Source: Geobacter sp.
GTDB lineage: Bacteria; Desulfobacterota; Desulfuromonadia; Geobacterales; Geobacteraceae
DNA: 64,000 nt
NCBI RefSeq assembly: GCF_027327745.1
Contig: NZ_DAHVYG010000085.1
Coordinates: 20,465-84,464, forward strand
Direction: 5' to 3'
Shown here one piece after another: positions 43,452-52,420 of the stretch (its first letter is position 1; every line of letters starts with the position of its first letter). The translations under genes were made by a program, and so were the position numbers. The notes below the pieces were generated by a model, which saw only the letters and a program-made list of their open reading frames with translations, did not search any database and had not been told where the DNA came from.

Positions 43452-44093
43452 TTGCGTGCCGTGTCAACCGACGGCGGCGTGCGCGCGTTTCAGCTATCAA
43501 AAGCGTCTTGCGGCCCATGCCGGGGACGGGACACGAGGAGAGAATCCCTGGAGAATACCGAGGCACTGAACCGATTCCTGGCGGGAATCGAGCGGCGGGC
43601 GTTCCGGATGGCCCGGTTTGCCACCGCCGACGATGACGAAGCCCTCGACCTCGTGCAGGATGCGATGCTCGGCTTTGTCCGGCGCTATGCGTGCAAGTGC
43701 GAGGAGGAGTGGTCTCCCCTGTTCTACCGCACGCTCCAGAGCCGGATCATCGACTGGCACCGCCGCACGGTGGTCCGCAACCGGCTGCGCGGCTGGTTCG
43801 GCGGCGCCGGCGGCGACTCGGACGAGGGGGCCGATCCGCTGGAGAACGTGGCGGACGTCAACGCCCCCGATCCCGGACGGCATCTGACGAACCGGGAGCT
43901 CGGGGGGGCGATCGAAAGGGCCCTCCGGAAGCTTCCGCTGCGCCAGCGCCAGGCGTTTTTGCTTCGTTCGTGGGAAGGGCTCGACGTGGCCCAGACCGCT
44001 TTGGCCATGGGGTGCAGCGACGGCAGCGTCAAGACCCACTACTCGCGGGCGGTCCACACCCTGCGGCACCTTTTGAAGGAGTACCGATCATGA
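43452..44093 (+). CDS. ECF (RpoE-like) RNA polymerase sigma factor; start uncertain
   Basis: Region 2 (DLVQDAMLGFVRRY...FYRTLQSRIIDWHRR) and region 4 (RQRQAFLLRSWEGLDVAQTALAMGCSDGSVKTHYSRA). There is no in-frame ATG near the expected N-terminus. Confidence 0.8.
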   Translation: MRAVSTDGGVRAFQLSKASCGPCRGRDTRRESLENTEALNRFLAGIERRAFRMARFATADDDEALDLVQDAMLGFVRRYACKCEEEWSPLFYRTLQSRIIDWHRRTVVRNRLRGWFGGAGGDSDEGADPLENVADVNAPDPGRHLTNRELGGAIERALRKLPLRQRQAFLLRSWEGLDVAQTALAMGCSDGSVKTHYSRAVHTLRHLLKEYRS

Positions 44094-44449
44094 ACCGTGA
44101 CGAGCGGGACGACAGGCTGATCGAGACGATCCGGGGGCACCTGGAGGAACGGACGGCGGCGCTCGATGGGCGGACGGCGGCGCGGCTGCGGGAGATGCGG
44201 TTCGCGGCGGTGGAGGCGGCCGGCCGGCGGCGGTGGTTTGCGGCAATCCCCCGCTGGGCCACGGCCGGAGGGGTTGCCACCATTGCGGTTGCCGTCGTCG
44301 CCACCAGCCTCTGGTTCACCCGTGTCCAGCGGGAAAAGCCCGTCGCCGGCATCGACGACATGGAAATCATCACGACCCGGGAGCATATCCAGCTCTACGA
44401 AGATCTCGACTTCTACCGCTGGCTGGCGGAGCAGGACCGGAAGGGGTGA
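44090..44449 (+). CDS. DUF3619-like membrane protein (probable anti-sigma or accessory factor)
   Basis: ATGA overlap with the sigma stop. Single TM (GVATIAVAVVATSLWF). The sigma-DUF3619-DUF3106 operon pattern is recalled from other proteobacteria. Confidence 0.6.
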   Translation: MNRDERDDRLIETIRGHLEERTAALDGRTAARLREMRFAAVEAAGRRRWFAAIPRWATAGGVATIAVAVVATSLWFTRVQREKPVAGIDDMEIITTREHIQLYEDLDFYRWLAEQDRKG

Positions 44450-44488
44450 AGCCGCAATGAAATGGGAATGGGTGAAAGGGAAAACGCG

Positions 44489-44983
44489 ATGACGAGACGA
44501 CGACTGCTGGTGGCGATCCTCTTGCTGGCGGCGACCGCTCCGCCGGCGTGGGGCGAATCGGGCCCGACGCCGTGGAGCCGGCTCACTCCCGAGGAGCAGC
44601 AGGTCCTCCAGCCGATGCGCGAACGGTGGGATACGCTCCCCCCCGAGCGCCAGGAACGGCTCCGTCGCGGGGTGGAGCGGTGGCGGACCATGACCCCGGA
44701 GGAACAGAAAGAGGCCCGCGAACGGTTCCAGCGGTGGCGGGAACTCCCCCCCGAGCAACGGGAGCAGATCCGTCGCCGGTTCAGGGAGTTTCGCAACCTC
44801 CCTCCGGAGGAGCAGGAGCGGATCAGGCGCAAGTTTCAGTGGTTCCGGGAGCTTCCCCCCGCCGAGCGCCATGCCCTTCGGGAAAAATGGCGCGGCATGA
44901 GCCGGGAGGAGCGCCACGAACTGCGGGAACGATGGAAGACCATGACCCCCGAGGAGAAAAGGGATTTCCTCGAAAAAAAATAG
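44489..44983 (+). CDS. DUF3106-like secreted repeat protein
   Basis: Signal peptide, then repeated W..L.PEEQ/R..RF..W motifs (RWDTLPPERQERLRR, RWRTMTPEEQKEARERFQRWRELPPEQRE...). Confidence 0.65.
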   Translation: MTRRRLLVAILLLAATAPPAWGESGPTPWSRLTPEEQQVLQPMRERWDTLPPERQERLRRGVERWRTMTPEEQKEARERFQRWRELPPEQREQIRRRFREFRNLPPEEQERIRRKFQWFRELPPAERHALREKWRGMSREERHELRERWKTMTPEEKRDFLEKK

Positions 44984-45063
44984 TGGATGCGTGTCAACGG
45001 CGGCGTGAAGGTGGCCGTTTCTTGGGGCAAGAAGATTCACATGATCATCACGGAGGGAATATC

Positions 45064-45399
45064 ATGAAAGCGAAACTGGTTGGATTGGCAGCGGCGGGGA
45101 TCGTCGGCATCGTTACCGCGGGAGGGGTCTTCGCCGGGACCAACGATCCCGGCATCCAGCAGCGGGAGGTGAACCAACAGCGGCGCATCGACCAGGGAGT
45201 CGCCAGTGGCCAGCTTACCCCCAGGGAAGCGGGTCGGCTCGAGGCCCGACAGGCGAAGATCGCGCAGGACGAGGCGAGGATGAAGAGCGACGGCAACCTG
45301 ACCGCCAGGGAGCGTCGCCAGCTCCAGCGGGAACAGAACCGGGCCAGCCGCGCCATCTACCGCAAGAAGCACAACGCACGGAAGGTGGCGGTGCAGTAG
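45064..45399 (+). CDS. small secreted basic helical protein
   Basis: Signal MKAKLVGLAAAGIVGIVTAGGVFA, then a Q/R-rich helical region. It is followed by a strong terminator. Confidence 0.6.
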   Translation: MKAKLVGLAAAGIVGIVTAGGVFAGTNDPGIQQREVNQQRRIDQGVASGQLTPREAGRLEARQAKIAQDEARMKSDGNLTARERRQLQREQNRASRAIYRKKHNARKVAVQ

Positions 45400-45453
45400 C
45401 TCTACTTCATGCTTTACCCTTTCCACCATCCTGGCTGAAGAGATTTCAAATAG

Positions 45454-45503
45454 AGGGCCGATCGCAAACTTGGACACATGCCGATCGGCCCTTTTTCTTT
45501 TTT
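45454..45503 (+). terminator. rho-independent terminator
   Basis: AGGGCCGATCG (45454-45464) pairs with CGATCGGCCCT (45482-45492), followed by TTTTTCTTTTTT. Confidence 0.8.
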
Positions 45504-45571
45504 GGAACATGGTAAGAAGTGCGTGGCGTCACTTTTTGACAGTCATTTTGTCCTGGAGGTGAGGTGGCGCT

Positions 45572-45596
45572 ACTCATAGTCTGTAGACTTAAAGGT
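45572..45596 (+). promoter_or_regulatory. C-box-like operator (ACTCATAGTC-TGTA-GACTTAAAGGT) upstream of the controller gene
   Basis: Two near-palindromic GACT-N3-AGTC-type boxes separated by TGTA. This matches my recollection of C.PvuII-class C-boxes. Confidence 0.5.
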
Positions 45597-45658
45597 ATCA
45601 TTTTGCGAATATGCCCGCGAATTTTTATAGCTTTTTCGACACAAGTGGTACAAACCTC

Positions 45659-45901
45659 ATGAGAAAAGCAGACCAGAGTATTAGAACCATCCTTGCGGAG
45701 AATATTCACAGATACCGTCGTAGCAATAACTTGTCTCAAGAGCAACTAGCCGACAAATGCGGCCTCCATCGTACCTATATCGGCTCTGTTGAACGCGGGG
45801 AAAGAAATGTTACGTTAAGTACGCTGGAGGTACTTGCAGAGGCTCTTGGTGTCTCAATACCCGAACTACTTACAAGGAAGGGGGAAGAAGTTGGCAAGTA
45901 A
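45659..45901 (+). CDS. restriction-modification controller (C) protein, XRE-family HTH
   Basis: LSQEQLADKCGLHRTYIGSVERGERNVTLSTLEVLAEAL is the typical C-protein HTH. About 80 aa from ATG 45659 (the ORF opens at 45611). Confidence 0.8.
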   Translation: MRKADQSIRTILAENIHRYRRSNNLSQEQLADKCGLHRTYIGSVERGERNVTLSTLEVLAEALGVSIPELLTRKGEEVGK

Positions 45902-46943
45902 GCCAAAATCTTCTCAGCAATTTGTGAAGGCTATTTCTCAAAGCGGCCTTTCCATTTATGACGACATTGAAGTTGGTGATCCAAACCTCTGGATACCGGC
46001 CCCTGACTTGGAAACTCTGCTGGAGGAGGGGTTACATAGTTTTTCCACAGCCGGATTAGCCAACCGCACTCGGTCCAAGGTAGTTAAAGAGGAGGTTTGC
46101 CGTATCCTCGGTTACCCTGTGCCCCGATCGTTCAAAAAAACACGCCCCCGCTTTCCGGGACAAAAGTTTGATACCTATGTTCAGAAGTCCAATAACCTCC
46201 AGGTATGGAATGAAGAGCTGGAGCCAACACGTCGCTATGTGATTATTAAAGTGTCAGATAATGGTACGATAGAGCGGGTCAAGGTCGTAACTGGCGATAG
46301 ACTGGCGTTGCTCGACACAACAGGAACATTGACTCAAAAATTTCAGGCACGGCTAATCCCAGGATTAGACCAAGCAGAACTTGTGGCTCCTGAAGATACG
46401 GATCGTCTTAGGCCTTTTGTCGGGAAAATCAGGAAGGGCAAGATAGCTGCCAGTCCTGTCGATAACCCTGCTGTCGGTGCACTTTTCCCGACTGCCGGAT
46501 TATATGAGCGGTTGCGACAGTTGGTTGGAACCAGCTTCGTGGACAGTGGTCACGACCAAGAGCGAAATCGTGGAGCTGCATTACATCGGCTTGTTTGCAA
46601 ACAACTGGGCTATGCTGATTACCAGGATGACGGCCGTTTTCCAGATGTGCGACACCAACTCCTGGAGGTAAAACTCCAAACCTCGCCGACCATTGATCTT
46701 GGTCTGGTTTGTCCCAACAGCATGGAAACCTTGGATATCCCCTTGCTTAAGGGACAGCAGATAAGGCATTGTGATGTCCGCTATGCACTATTTTATGCAA
46801 AGACTGACGGAAAACGCGTTACCCTGACCAACTTCTATCTGACCACCGGTGAAGCGTTCTTCAGCCGTTTTCCTCAGTTTCAGGGAAAGGTCCTCAATAA
46901 AAAGCTTCAGATTCCTTTACCGGCCGATTTTTTCAGTCGTTAG
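45891..46943 (+). CDS. type II restriction endonuclease candidate (MutH-like D-x6-E-x-K signature); start uncertain (TTG 45891 or ATG 45834)
   Basis: It lies downstream of and overlaps the C gene, and is convergent with the methylase. FPDVRHQLLEVK has the D-x6-E-x-K spacing of MutH Asp70/Glu77/Lys79. AT-richer composition. Confidence 0.6.
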   Translation: MASKPKSSQQFVKAISQSGLSIYDDIEVGDPNLWIPAPDLETLLEEGLHSFSTAGLANRTRSKVVKEEVCRILGYPVPRSFKKTRPRFPGQKFDTYVQKSNNLQVWNEELEPTRRYVIIKVSDNGTIERVKVVTGDRLALLDTTGTLTQKFQARLIPGLDQAELVAPEDTDRLRPFVGKIRKGKIAASPVDNPAVGALFPTAGLYERLRQLVGTSFVDSGHDQERNRGAALHRLVCKQLGYADYQDDGRFPDVRHQLLEVKLQTSPTIDLGLVCPNSMETLDIPLLKGQQIRHCDVRYALFYAKTDGKRVTLTNFYLTTGEAFFSRFPQFQGKVLNKKLQIPLPADFFSR

Positions 46944-48671
46944 GCCAAACGCCTGCCAAACCAGTTGGTTCAATTCCTTTTCCAGATTGTCCGCTTCCGG
47001 CGAAGGGGTAAGGAGATAGACGCGTTTTGTCGCCTCGATGATGGACTTGCCTATACGGCTCTGCGGGTCCGGCAGCGGGAACTTTTCCACATATTGCGTC
47101 ATGAAACGCCGTCGGCCGGCATAAAGCTTGTTCTTGAACTGATGATCGTAAAAATTTTCGATAAAGGTTGAGTTGCCCACCGCAAGCGCCAGCCAGAGTA
47201 GATCTGTCTGTGATACATTTCGGTACGTCAACCAGTAACAATCGCCATTTACCACACATCCGTCCAAATCTATCCAGAATGTTGGTTTTTCGGAAATGTC
47301 CCGGAAAACGATCTTCGGGGCTGCCCAGGCATCTGGGTCCTGCGGCACCCAGATCTCATACCAGTTGCGACCAGCCTCGATCACGTATTCACGACTTTCA
47401 AGCGCCGCTCGATGCCTGTTCAAATAGGCTGCCGTGCGTGGATACGCTGCCAGATCGACCACAGTCCGCTTCCCTTGCACCACATGATGGGGGTAGACGA
47501 TTTGCCATAGTTTCTCCAGACGGAGACCTTTGTAGCGCCGCGCCGAGTGGTGCGTGATAAGTGGACGGAGAAGTTCTGGCCTTTCAGCTTTGGGAAGACT
47601 TTTCCAATCTGACCGAATGAATACCTTGTCGGCGGTTGTCTTTACCCCGACGCGAATTTTCCCTATATCGCCAAAAGTGCTCCATGTATGGGATGCAACG
47701 GTTGCCAGCCAACTATCCAGGATCTTAGTTGCGATACGCCAGACACCGTCCATTTGGCTACCGTTGTCTAGAATGCCGTGTTGAACGAGAAATCGCCTCC
47801 CATCTCTAACTTCCACAACTCCGGTGTTTTCCAGTGCTTTTATCGGGTCGGAGGAGCAGACCTCGGCTGGTTCACTGGTCGCATAAATAGAAGTAAACCT
47901 TGCCTTGTCCTTTATTCGTCTTTTGGTGGAATCTGCTCCTTCAAGCAGCAGAACTGCCGGCAACACAGCCGCCTCAAACAGCTTGGTGTCGCCCATGTCC
48001 CATACGTGACGCACATTGAATTGTTCCAGGATGGCGCGGCGCACCGCGCAGCCCGATTTTGTAGTCATAAAACGGTTCGATACTATGATTCCAGCTATGC
48101 CACTTGGTTTGAGTACGCGCCCCATGCCAAGGATAAAAGCATGATAAAGGTCTACGCGACCTGATAGCCCAAACTTGGATGCCAGCGTTTGTGCCTGTTT
48201 TGCGCCCATGATCTGAGTTCTGACATAAGGAGGATTAGCTATGATCATGTCAAAGCCTTCAGGGGGCGGACCTTGGAATAGATTTCCGCTGCCGCTTGCG
48301 TCCAAATAATTTCCTGCAAATTCAAGGAAATCACCAAGTTTAATATGAACGTTTACATTTTGAAACGATTGCCTTAATCGCGCTGAGGTCAGGTTGACAG
48401 CTTTCTCTTGTGTGTCAAAGCCGAAGACCTCAATCCTTGTGCAGCTTTTTACTGTCAGTTTTTCGAGTAGACTGACCAGAAGTTCACCATCACCCACAGC
48501 AGGATCAAGAATTCGCAAGGGGCCTTTTTGTTTAGCCTCATCATAACCTTCAATAATTTGCTCCGCCACGAAATCCGATAGATTCTTTGGCGTATAAGTT
48601 GCTCCACCAGCCTTTTCTTCGGTGACAAGTTTATATCTTTTTGTAAGTTGGGATTGAGCATGAGCTTTCAT
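46917..48671 (-). CDS. N6-adenine DNA methyltransferase (gamma class, Eco57I/TaqI-like)
   Basis: Motif I ILDPAVGDGELL precedes motif IV IIANPPYVRTQ. 584 aa. The 3' end overlaps the endonuclease gene by 27 nt. Confidence 0.9.
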   Translation of the reverse strand: MKAHAQSQLTKRYKLVTEEKAGGATYTPKNLSDFVAEQIIEGYDEAKQKGPLRILDPAVGDGELLVSLLEKLTVKSCTRIEVFGFDTQEKAVNLTSARLRQSFQNVNVHIKLGDFLEFAGNYLDASGSGNLFQGPPPEGFDMIIANPPYVRTQIMGAKQAQTLASKFGLSGRVDLYHAFILGMGRVLKPSGIAGIIVSNRFMTTKSGCAVRRAILEQFNVRHVWDMGDTKLFEAAVLPAVLLLEGADSTKRRIKDKARFTSIYATSEPAEVCSSDPIKALENTGVVEVRDGRRFLVQHGILDNGSQMDGVWRIATKILDSWLATVASHTWSTFGDIGKIRVGVKTTADKVFIRSDWKSLPKAERPELLRPLITHHSARRYKGLRLEKLWQIVYPHHVVQGKRTVVDLAAYPRTAAYLNRHRAALESREYVIEAGRNWYEIWVPQDPDAWAAPKIVFRDISEKPTFWIDLDGCVVNGDCYWLTYRNVSQTDLLWLALAVGNSTFIENFYDHQFKNKLYAGRRRFMTQYVEKFPLPDPQSRIGKSIIEATKRVYLLTPSPEADNLEKELNQLVWQAFGLTTEKIGR

Positions 48672-48811
48672 AATGGCCTCATGAATTCATAATCTTTTTT
48701 GCGCTACTTATAGTATTCTTATTTTAATTGCCGTCAAGGCTAATTTTGCCGGCTCTGTTATTCCGGCCTCCTCATGACGTTTTGCAAGAGCCTCAGATAG
48801 CCCCTTTTTTC

Positions 48812-50461
48812 TTAAGAATTTCTCTTGCTGGTCCCTGAGTCAGCCTCCCTTTCTTTCCGGTCATCCATTCCCAGCGTGAAATAAAAGGTGGCGCCCCGGT
48901 CCGGCTGCGCCTCGGCCCAGACCCGTCCCCCGTGGCGGAGGACGATCCGCTGGACTGTGGCGAGGCCGATTCCGGTCCCTTTGAACTCATCGGCCCGGTG
49001 CAGCCGCTGGAAGGGGACGAAGAGCCGGTCGGCATAGGTCATGTCGAAACCGACGCCGTTGTCGCGCACGAAATAGACCGTATTCCCCCCCTCTTCCATC
49101 GCACCGAACTCGATCTCGGCGCCTTCCCGCCTGGCGGTGTACTTCCAGGCGTTTCCCAGGAGGTTCTCCATGACCGAGCGGAGCAGTTGCTGGTCGCCCA
49201 AGGCGGTCACCCCCTCGGCGATCCGGACGGTCACCGCACGTTCGGGATCGAGGTGACTGAACTCCTGCATCACACTTCGGGCGATGCCGGAGAGGTCGAC
49301 CTCCTTCAGGTTTAGAGACTCGCGGGTGAGACGCGACAGAGAGAGGAGCGCGTCGACGAGCTGCCCCATCCTCTGGCACGCGCTTCTCACGCGCCCGAGG
49401 TAGTCTACCCCCGTTTCGTTGAGCCGGTCGGCGTAATCTTCCAGGACCGCCTTGACAAATCCGTCGATGACGATGAGGGGGGCGCGCAGATCGTGGGAGA
49501 TAGAAAAGTTGAATGCCTGGAGCTCCCGGTTGGCCCCCTCCAGCTCTCTGGTCCGCTCCGCCACCCGCGCTTCCAGTTCTTCGTTGAGCCGGCGCACCTC
49601 GTTCTCGGCCCGCTTTCGCTCGGTGATGTCCTGGTTGACGACGATGGCGCCGACGATCCTCCCCATCTGATCCCGGAGGGGGACCGCCGAGTGGAGGATC
49701 GTCTTGCGCCGGCCGTCGAAGGCCTCGATCTCGATCACCTCGTCGAGCGACGTCTCTCCCTTCGTGACGGCCCGGGCCGCTCCCCACTCGTGGGGTTCGA
49801 TCCGCTTCCCGGTATCGGCCCACCATCCCCGGTACTCCCCGTAACGCTCCATGCCGACGTAGCGCGCCCCGCCCCAGATTTTCTCGCCGGCGGGGTTGGA
49901 GCGGAGAATGAGGCCATCGTGGTCGATGATCCAGACCCCGACCGGCAGGGTTTCCATGACCAGTCTCAGCATCGCCTCGTTCTCCAGGAGCTCGTGGTAT
50001 TTCTCTTCGAGCTTGGTGGCGACCACTTCGCCGTAGCGCCGCAGGTACTCCTCTTCACTGATCATGGCAACGTCCCGCCGGAGTTTCTTCAGGCGGCACC
50101 CCTCCAGGATTGTCTGCAGTTCCTGCCAGAACTTTTCCGGTTCCACGGGCTTGGCGATGTAGGCGTCGGCCCCGAGGGAGTGGGCGAGCTCCTCGTCTTT
50201 CGGGGCCGTGTAGACCGCCGTGTAGAAGACGAAGGGGGTATCCCGCAGGGACGCGTCGCTCCTGATGGATCTCAGGAGCTGGAACCCGTCCATCCGGGGG
50301 AGGAGGGCGTCGGAGATGATCAGCCTCGGCCTATGCTCCTGCGCCAAGGCGAGGGCGCTCTCGCCGTCCGCCGCCTCGATCACCTCACAACCGCGCCGCT
50401 CCAGGTTCATCCGGAGCAGTTTCCGGTCGTCCGCCTTGTCGTCAACGATCAGTGTCTTCAT
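48812..50461 (-). CDS. hybrid sensor: receiver domain plus PAS plus HisKA/HATPase histidine kinase
   Basis: MKTLIVDDKADDRKLL...IISDALLPRMDG receiver. H-box FSISHDLRAPL. N/G boxes (LLGNAWKYT, DNGVGF, GTGIGLA). Confidence 0.85.
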   Translation of the reverse strand: MKTLIVDDKADDRKLLRMNLERRGCEVIEAADGESALALAQEHRPRLIISDALLPRMDGFQLLRSIRSDASLRDTPFVFYTAVYTAPKDEELAHSLGADAYIAKPVEPEKFWQELQTILEGCRLKKLRRDVAMISEEEYLRRYGEVVATKLEEKYHELLENEAMLRLVMETLPVGVWIIDHDGLILRSNPAGEKIWGGARYVGMERYGEYRGWWADTGKRIEPHEWGAARAVTKGETSLDEVIEIEAFDGRRKTILHSAVPLRDQMGRIVGAIVVNQDITERKRAENEVRRLNEELEARVAERTRELEGANRELQAFNFSISHDLRAPLIVIDGFVKAVLEDYADRLNETGVDYLGRVRSACQRMGQLVDALLSLSRLTRESLNLKEVDLSGIARSVMQEFSHLDPERAVTVRIAEGVTALGDQQLLRSVMENLLGNAWKYTARREGAEIEFGAMEEGGNTVYFVRDNGVGFDMTYADRLFVPFQRLHRADEFKGTGIGLATVQRIVLRHGGRVWAEAQPDRGATFYFTLGMDDRKEREADSGTSKRNS

Positions 50462-50828
50462 GGTTCGCTCCAAGCGCGTCAAGGATCTTTTCTACGATGG
50501 TCAGGGGGTCGATCGGCTTTTCGAAGTAGCCGTTGCATCCCGCGGTGATGATCCGCTCCCGGTCGCCGACCATGGCGTGGGAGGTGATGGCGACGATCGG
50601 GATTCGGGCGGTGGCCTCCGTATCCCTGATCCGGCGCGTCACCTCGAATCCGTCGATGTCGGGAAGGTTGATGTCGACGATGATGAAGGAGGGAAGGCAC
50701 TCGCGGGCCTTCCGTACCCCCTCCTCGCCGGTTTCGGCAGACTCCACGCCGTAGCCGCTCCTCCTGAGGGCATACCCGATGAGGCGGAGGTTGTCCCGGT
50801 TGTCTTCGATCACGAGAACCCGTTTCAC
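50442..50828 (-). CDS. single-domain response regulator (CheY-like)
   Basis: GTG start after AGGAGG-N6. VLVIEDNRDNL...IIVDINLPDIDG...ITSHAM. GTGA overlap with the upstream kinase stop. Confidence 0.85.
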   Translation of the reverse strand: MKRVLVIEDNRDNLRLIGYALRRSGYGVESAETGEEGVRKARECLPSFIIVDINLPDIDGFEVTRRIRDTEATARIPIVAITSHAMVGDRERIITAGCNGYFEKPIDPLTIVEKILDALGANHEDTDR

Positions 50829-52333
50829 GGCGTTCCTCCTGACGCTATCCCACCTTCCTCCGACCGGACGGGAATGGTGAGGAAAAAGCTGCTCCCTTCG
50901 CCCGGGCGGCTTGCGAGGGTGACCTCTCCTCCGAGGACCTCCCGCGCGAGCTTGCGCGTCAGGTAGAGGCCGAGGCCGGTCCCCGGCACCCGCGACTTCA
51001 GGGGGGAGTCGAGGCGGCTGAACGGCTCGAAGAGGCGCGGCCGGTCTTCTTCCCGGATCCCGATCCCGGTATCCGTCACGGCGATCGTCACCCGTCCGGC
51101 ACCGGAGGGGAAGGGGAGGTGTTGCGCGGTCACCACGACGGAACCCCGCTCGGTGTATTTCACGCCGTTGCTCACGAGGTTCAGCACACACTGGTAGAGC
51201 CGGCGGCGTTCGGTGTGCATGGGGAGGCGGACCGGCTCGACGCGGAGCTCGATGCCGCGGGCCGCCGCCTCGTCCGCCAGCTCCCGCGTCGCCTCCTCCA
51301 GGAGGTCGCCCAGGTCGAACTCCGAGATCCGGCGGTCACTCTGGCCGGCCTCCACCTTCGAGATGTCGATGATGTCGTTGATGAGCGCTAGCAGGTGTTT
51401 TCCGGCCCGAAGGACCGTGGCGAGGTTCTCCTTCTGCTCGTCGGTGAGGGGGCCGATCCATTCATCCAGCAGGATGCTCGAGAAGCCGATGATGGAGTTA
51501 AGGGGGGTCCGCAGTTCGTGGCTCATGCTCGCGATGAACATCGACTTCAGCCGGTCGAGCTCGGTCAGCTTGCGGTTCGCTTCCTCCAGCTCGGCGCTGT
51601 GCTGCCGCAACTCCGCATTCAGCCTGACGATCTCCTCGTCGGCAAGTTTCTCGTCGGTGATGTCGAGACAGACAATCAGGACGACCTTGTTGCCGGCCGC
51701 ATCCTCCGTGGCACGGGCGAACTCCCGGACCCACAGGATACTCCCGTCCTTTCGCCGCTTGCGGAACTCCCAGGAGACCGCCTCCCCGGTCGGAGCGTGC
51801 AGACAGGCGTCGAGCTGCCCTTGCACCACCTGTCGGTCCTCTTCGCAGAAGACGTTGAGGACCGGACGTCCCGTCAGCTCCTGCACGGAGTAGCCGAGTT
51901 GCTCGGCGCCGAACAGGTTTGCGGAGATGACCGTTCCGGAGCTGTCCACGGTGAAGTACATGGCCGGGATCTCCTCGTAGAGGGCGCGGAAGCGGTCCTC
52001 GCTGGCGCGCAGTGCCCGATTGAGCCCCTCCAGCTGGGCGGTCCGCTCCGCCACGTGACCCTCAAGCTCGGCCGCCGCGCTGGCCGCCGCCAAAAGGTTG
52101 CGGTTGATCAGCCAGGCGAGGAGGAGGGCGGTGACTCCCACATAGAGCCATCCCTTGGCGGTCTGGAGGCGGGTGAGGAGGAGCGGGTCGGCGACGAGGG
52201 AGGCGAGGACCCTGTCGGAGTAAACGATCCAGGCGCCCCCGAGCAGGGCGTAGAGGACGGCAATCCTGACCGCCTCCCGCCGCAGGCCGGCCGGCGTCAC
52301 CGCCGTCCGGCTGTTTCGCTCGGACCGCTGCAT
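50825..52333 (-). CDS. membrane PAS sensor histidine kinase
   Basis: Two TM helices, a PAS domain, H-box ASMSHELRTPLNSI and an HATPase domain. GGAGGTG SD before ATG 52333 (the ORF opens at TTG 52357). Confidence 0.85.
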   Translation of the reverse strand: MQRSERNSRTAVTPAGLRREAVRIAVLYALLGGAWIVYSDRVLASLVADPLLLTRLQTAKGWLYVGVTALLLAWLINRNLLAAASAAAELEGHVAERTAQLEGLNRALRASEDRFRALYEEIPAMYFTVDSSGTVISANLFGAEQLGYSVQELTGRPVLNVFCEEDRQVVQGQLDACLHAPTGEAVSWEFRKRRKDGSILWVREFARATEDAAGNKVVLIVCLDITDEKLADEEIVRLNAELRQHSAELEEANRKLTELDRLKSMFIASMSHELRTPLNSIIGFSSILLDEWIGPLTDEQKENLATVLRAGKHLLALINDIIDISKVEAGQSDRRISEFDLGDLLEEATRELADEAAARGIELRVEPVRLPMHTERRRLYQCVLNLVSNGVKYTERGSVVVTAQHLPFPSGAGRVTIAVTDTGIGIREEDRPRLFEPFSRLDSPLKSRVPGTGLGLYLTRKLAREVLGGEVTLASRPGEGSSFFLTIPVRSEEGGIASGGTP

Positions 52334-52420
52334 CGGCACCTCCATTCGTACAAACAAGATGATAACAGGAGAACGCCGGATGAGAAGGGAGTGGTTGGCG
52401 GATTTTTATGGGTGGGGATA

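Noticed and set aside
48793-49035. 80-aa minus-strand ORF overlapping the kinase 3' end
   Set aside because: It is an alternate frame of the HATPase domain-coding region, with no independent support.
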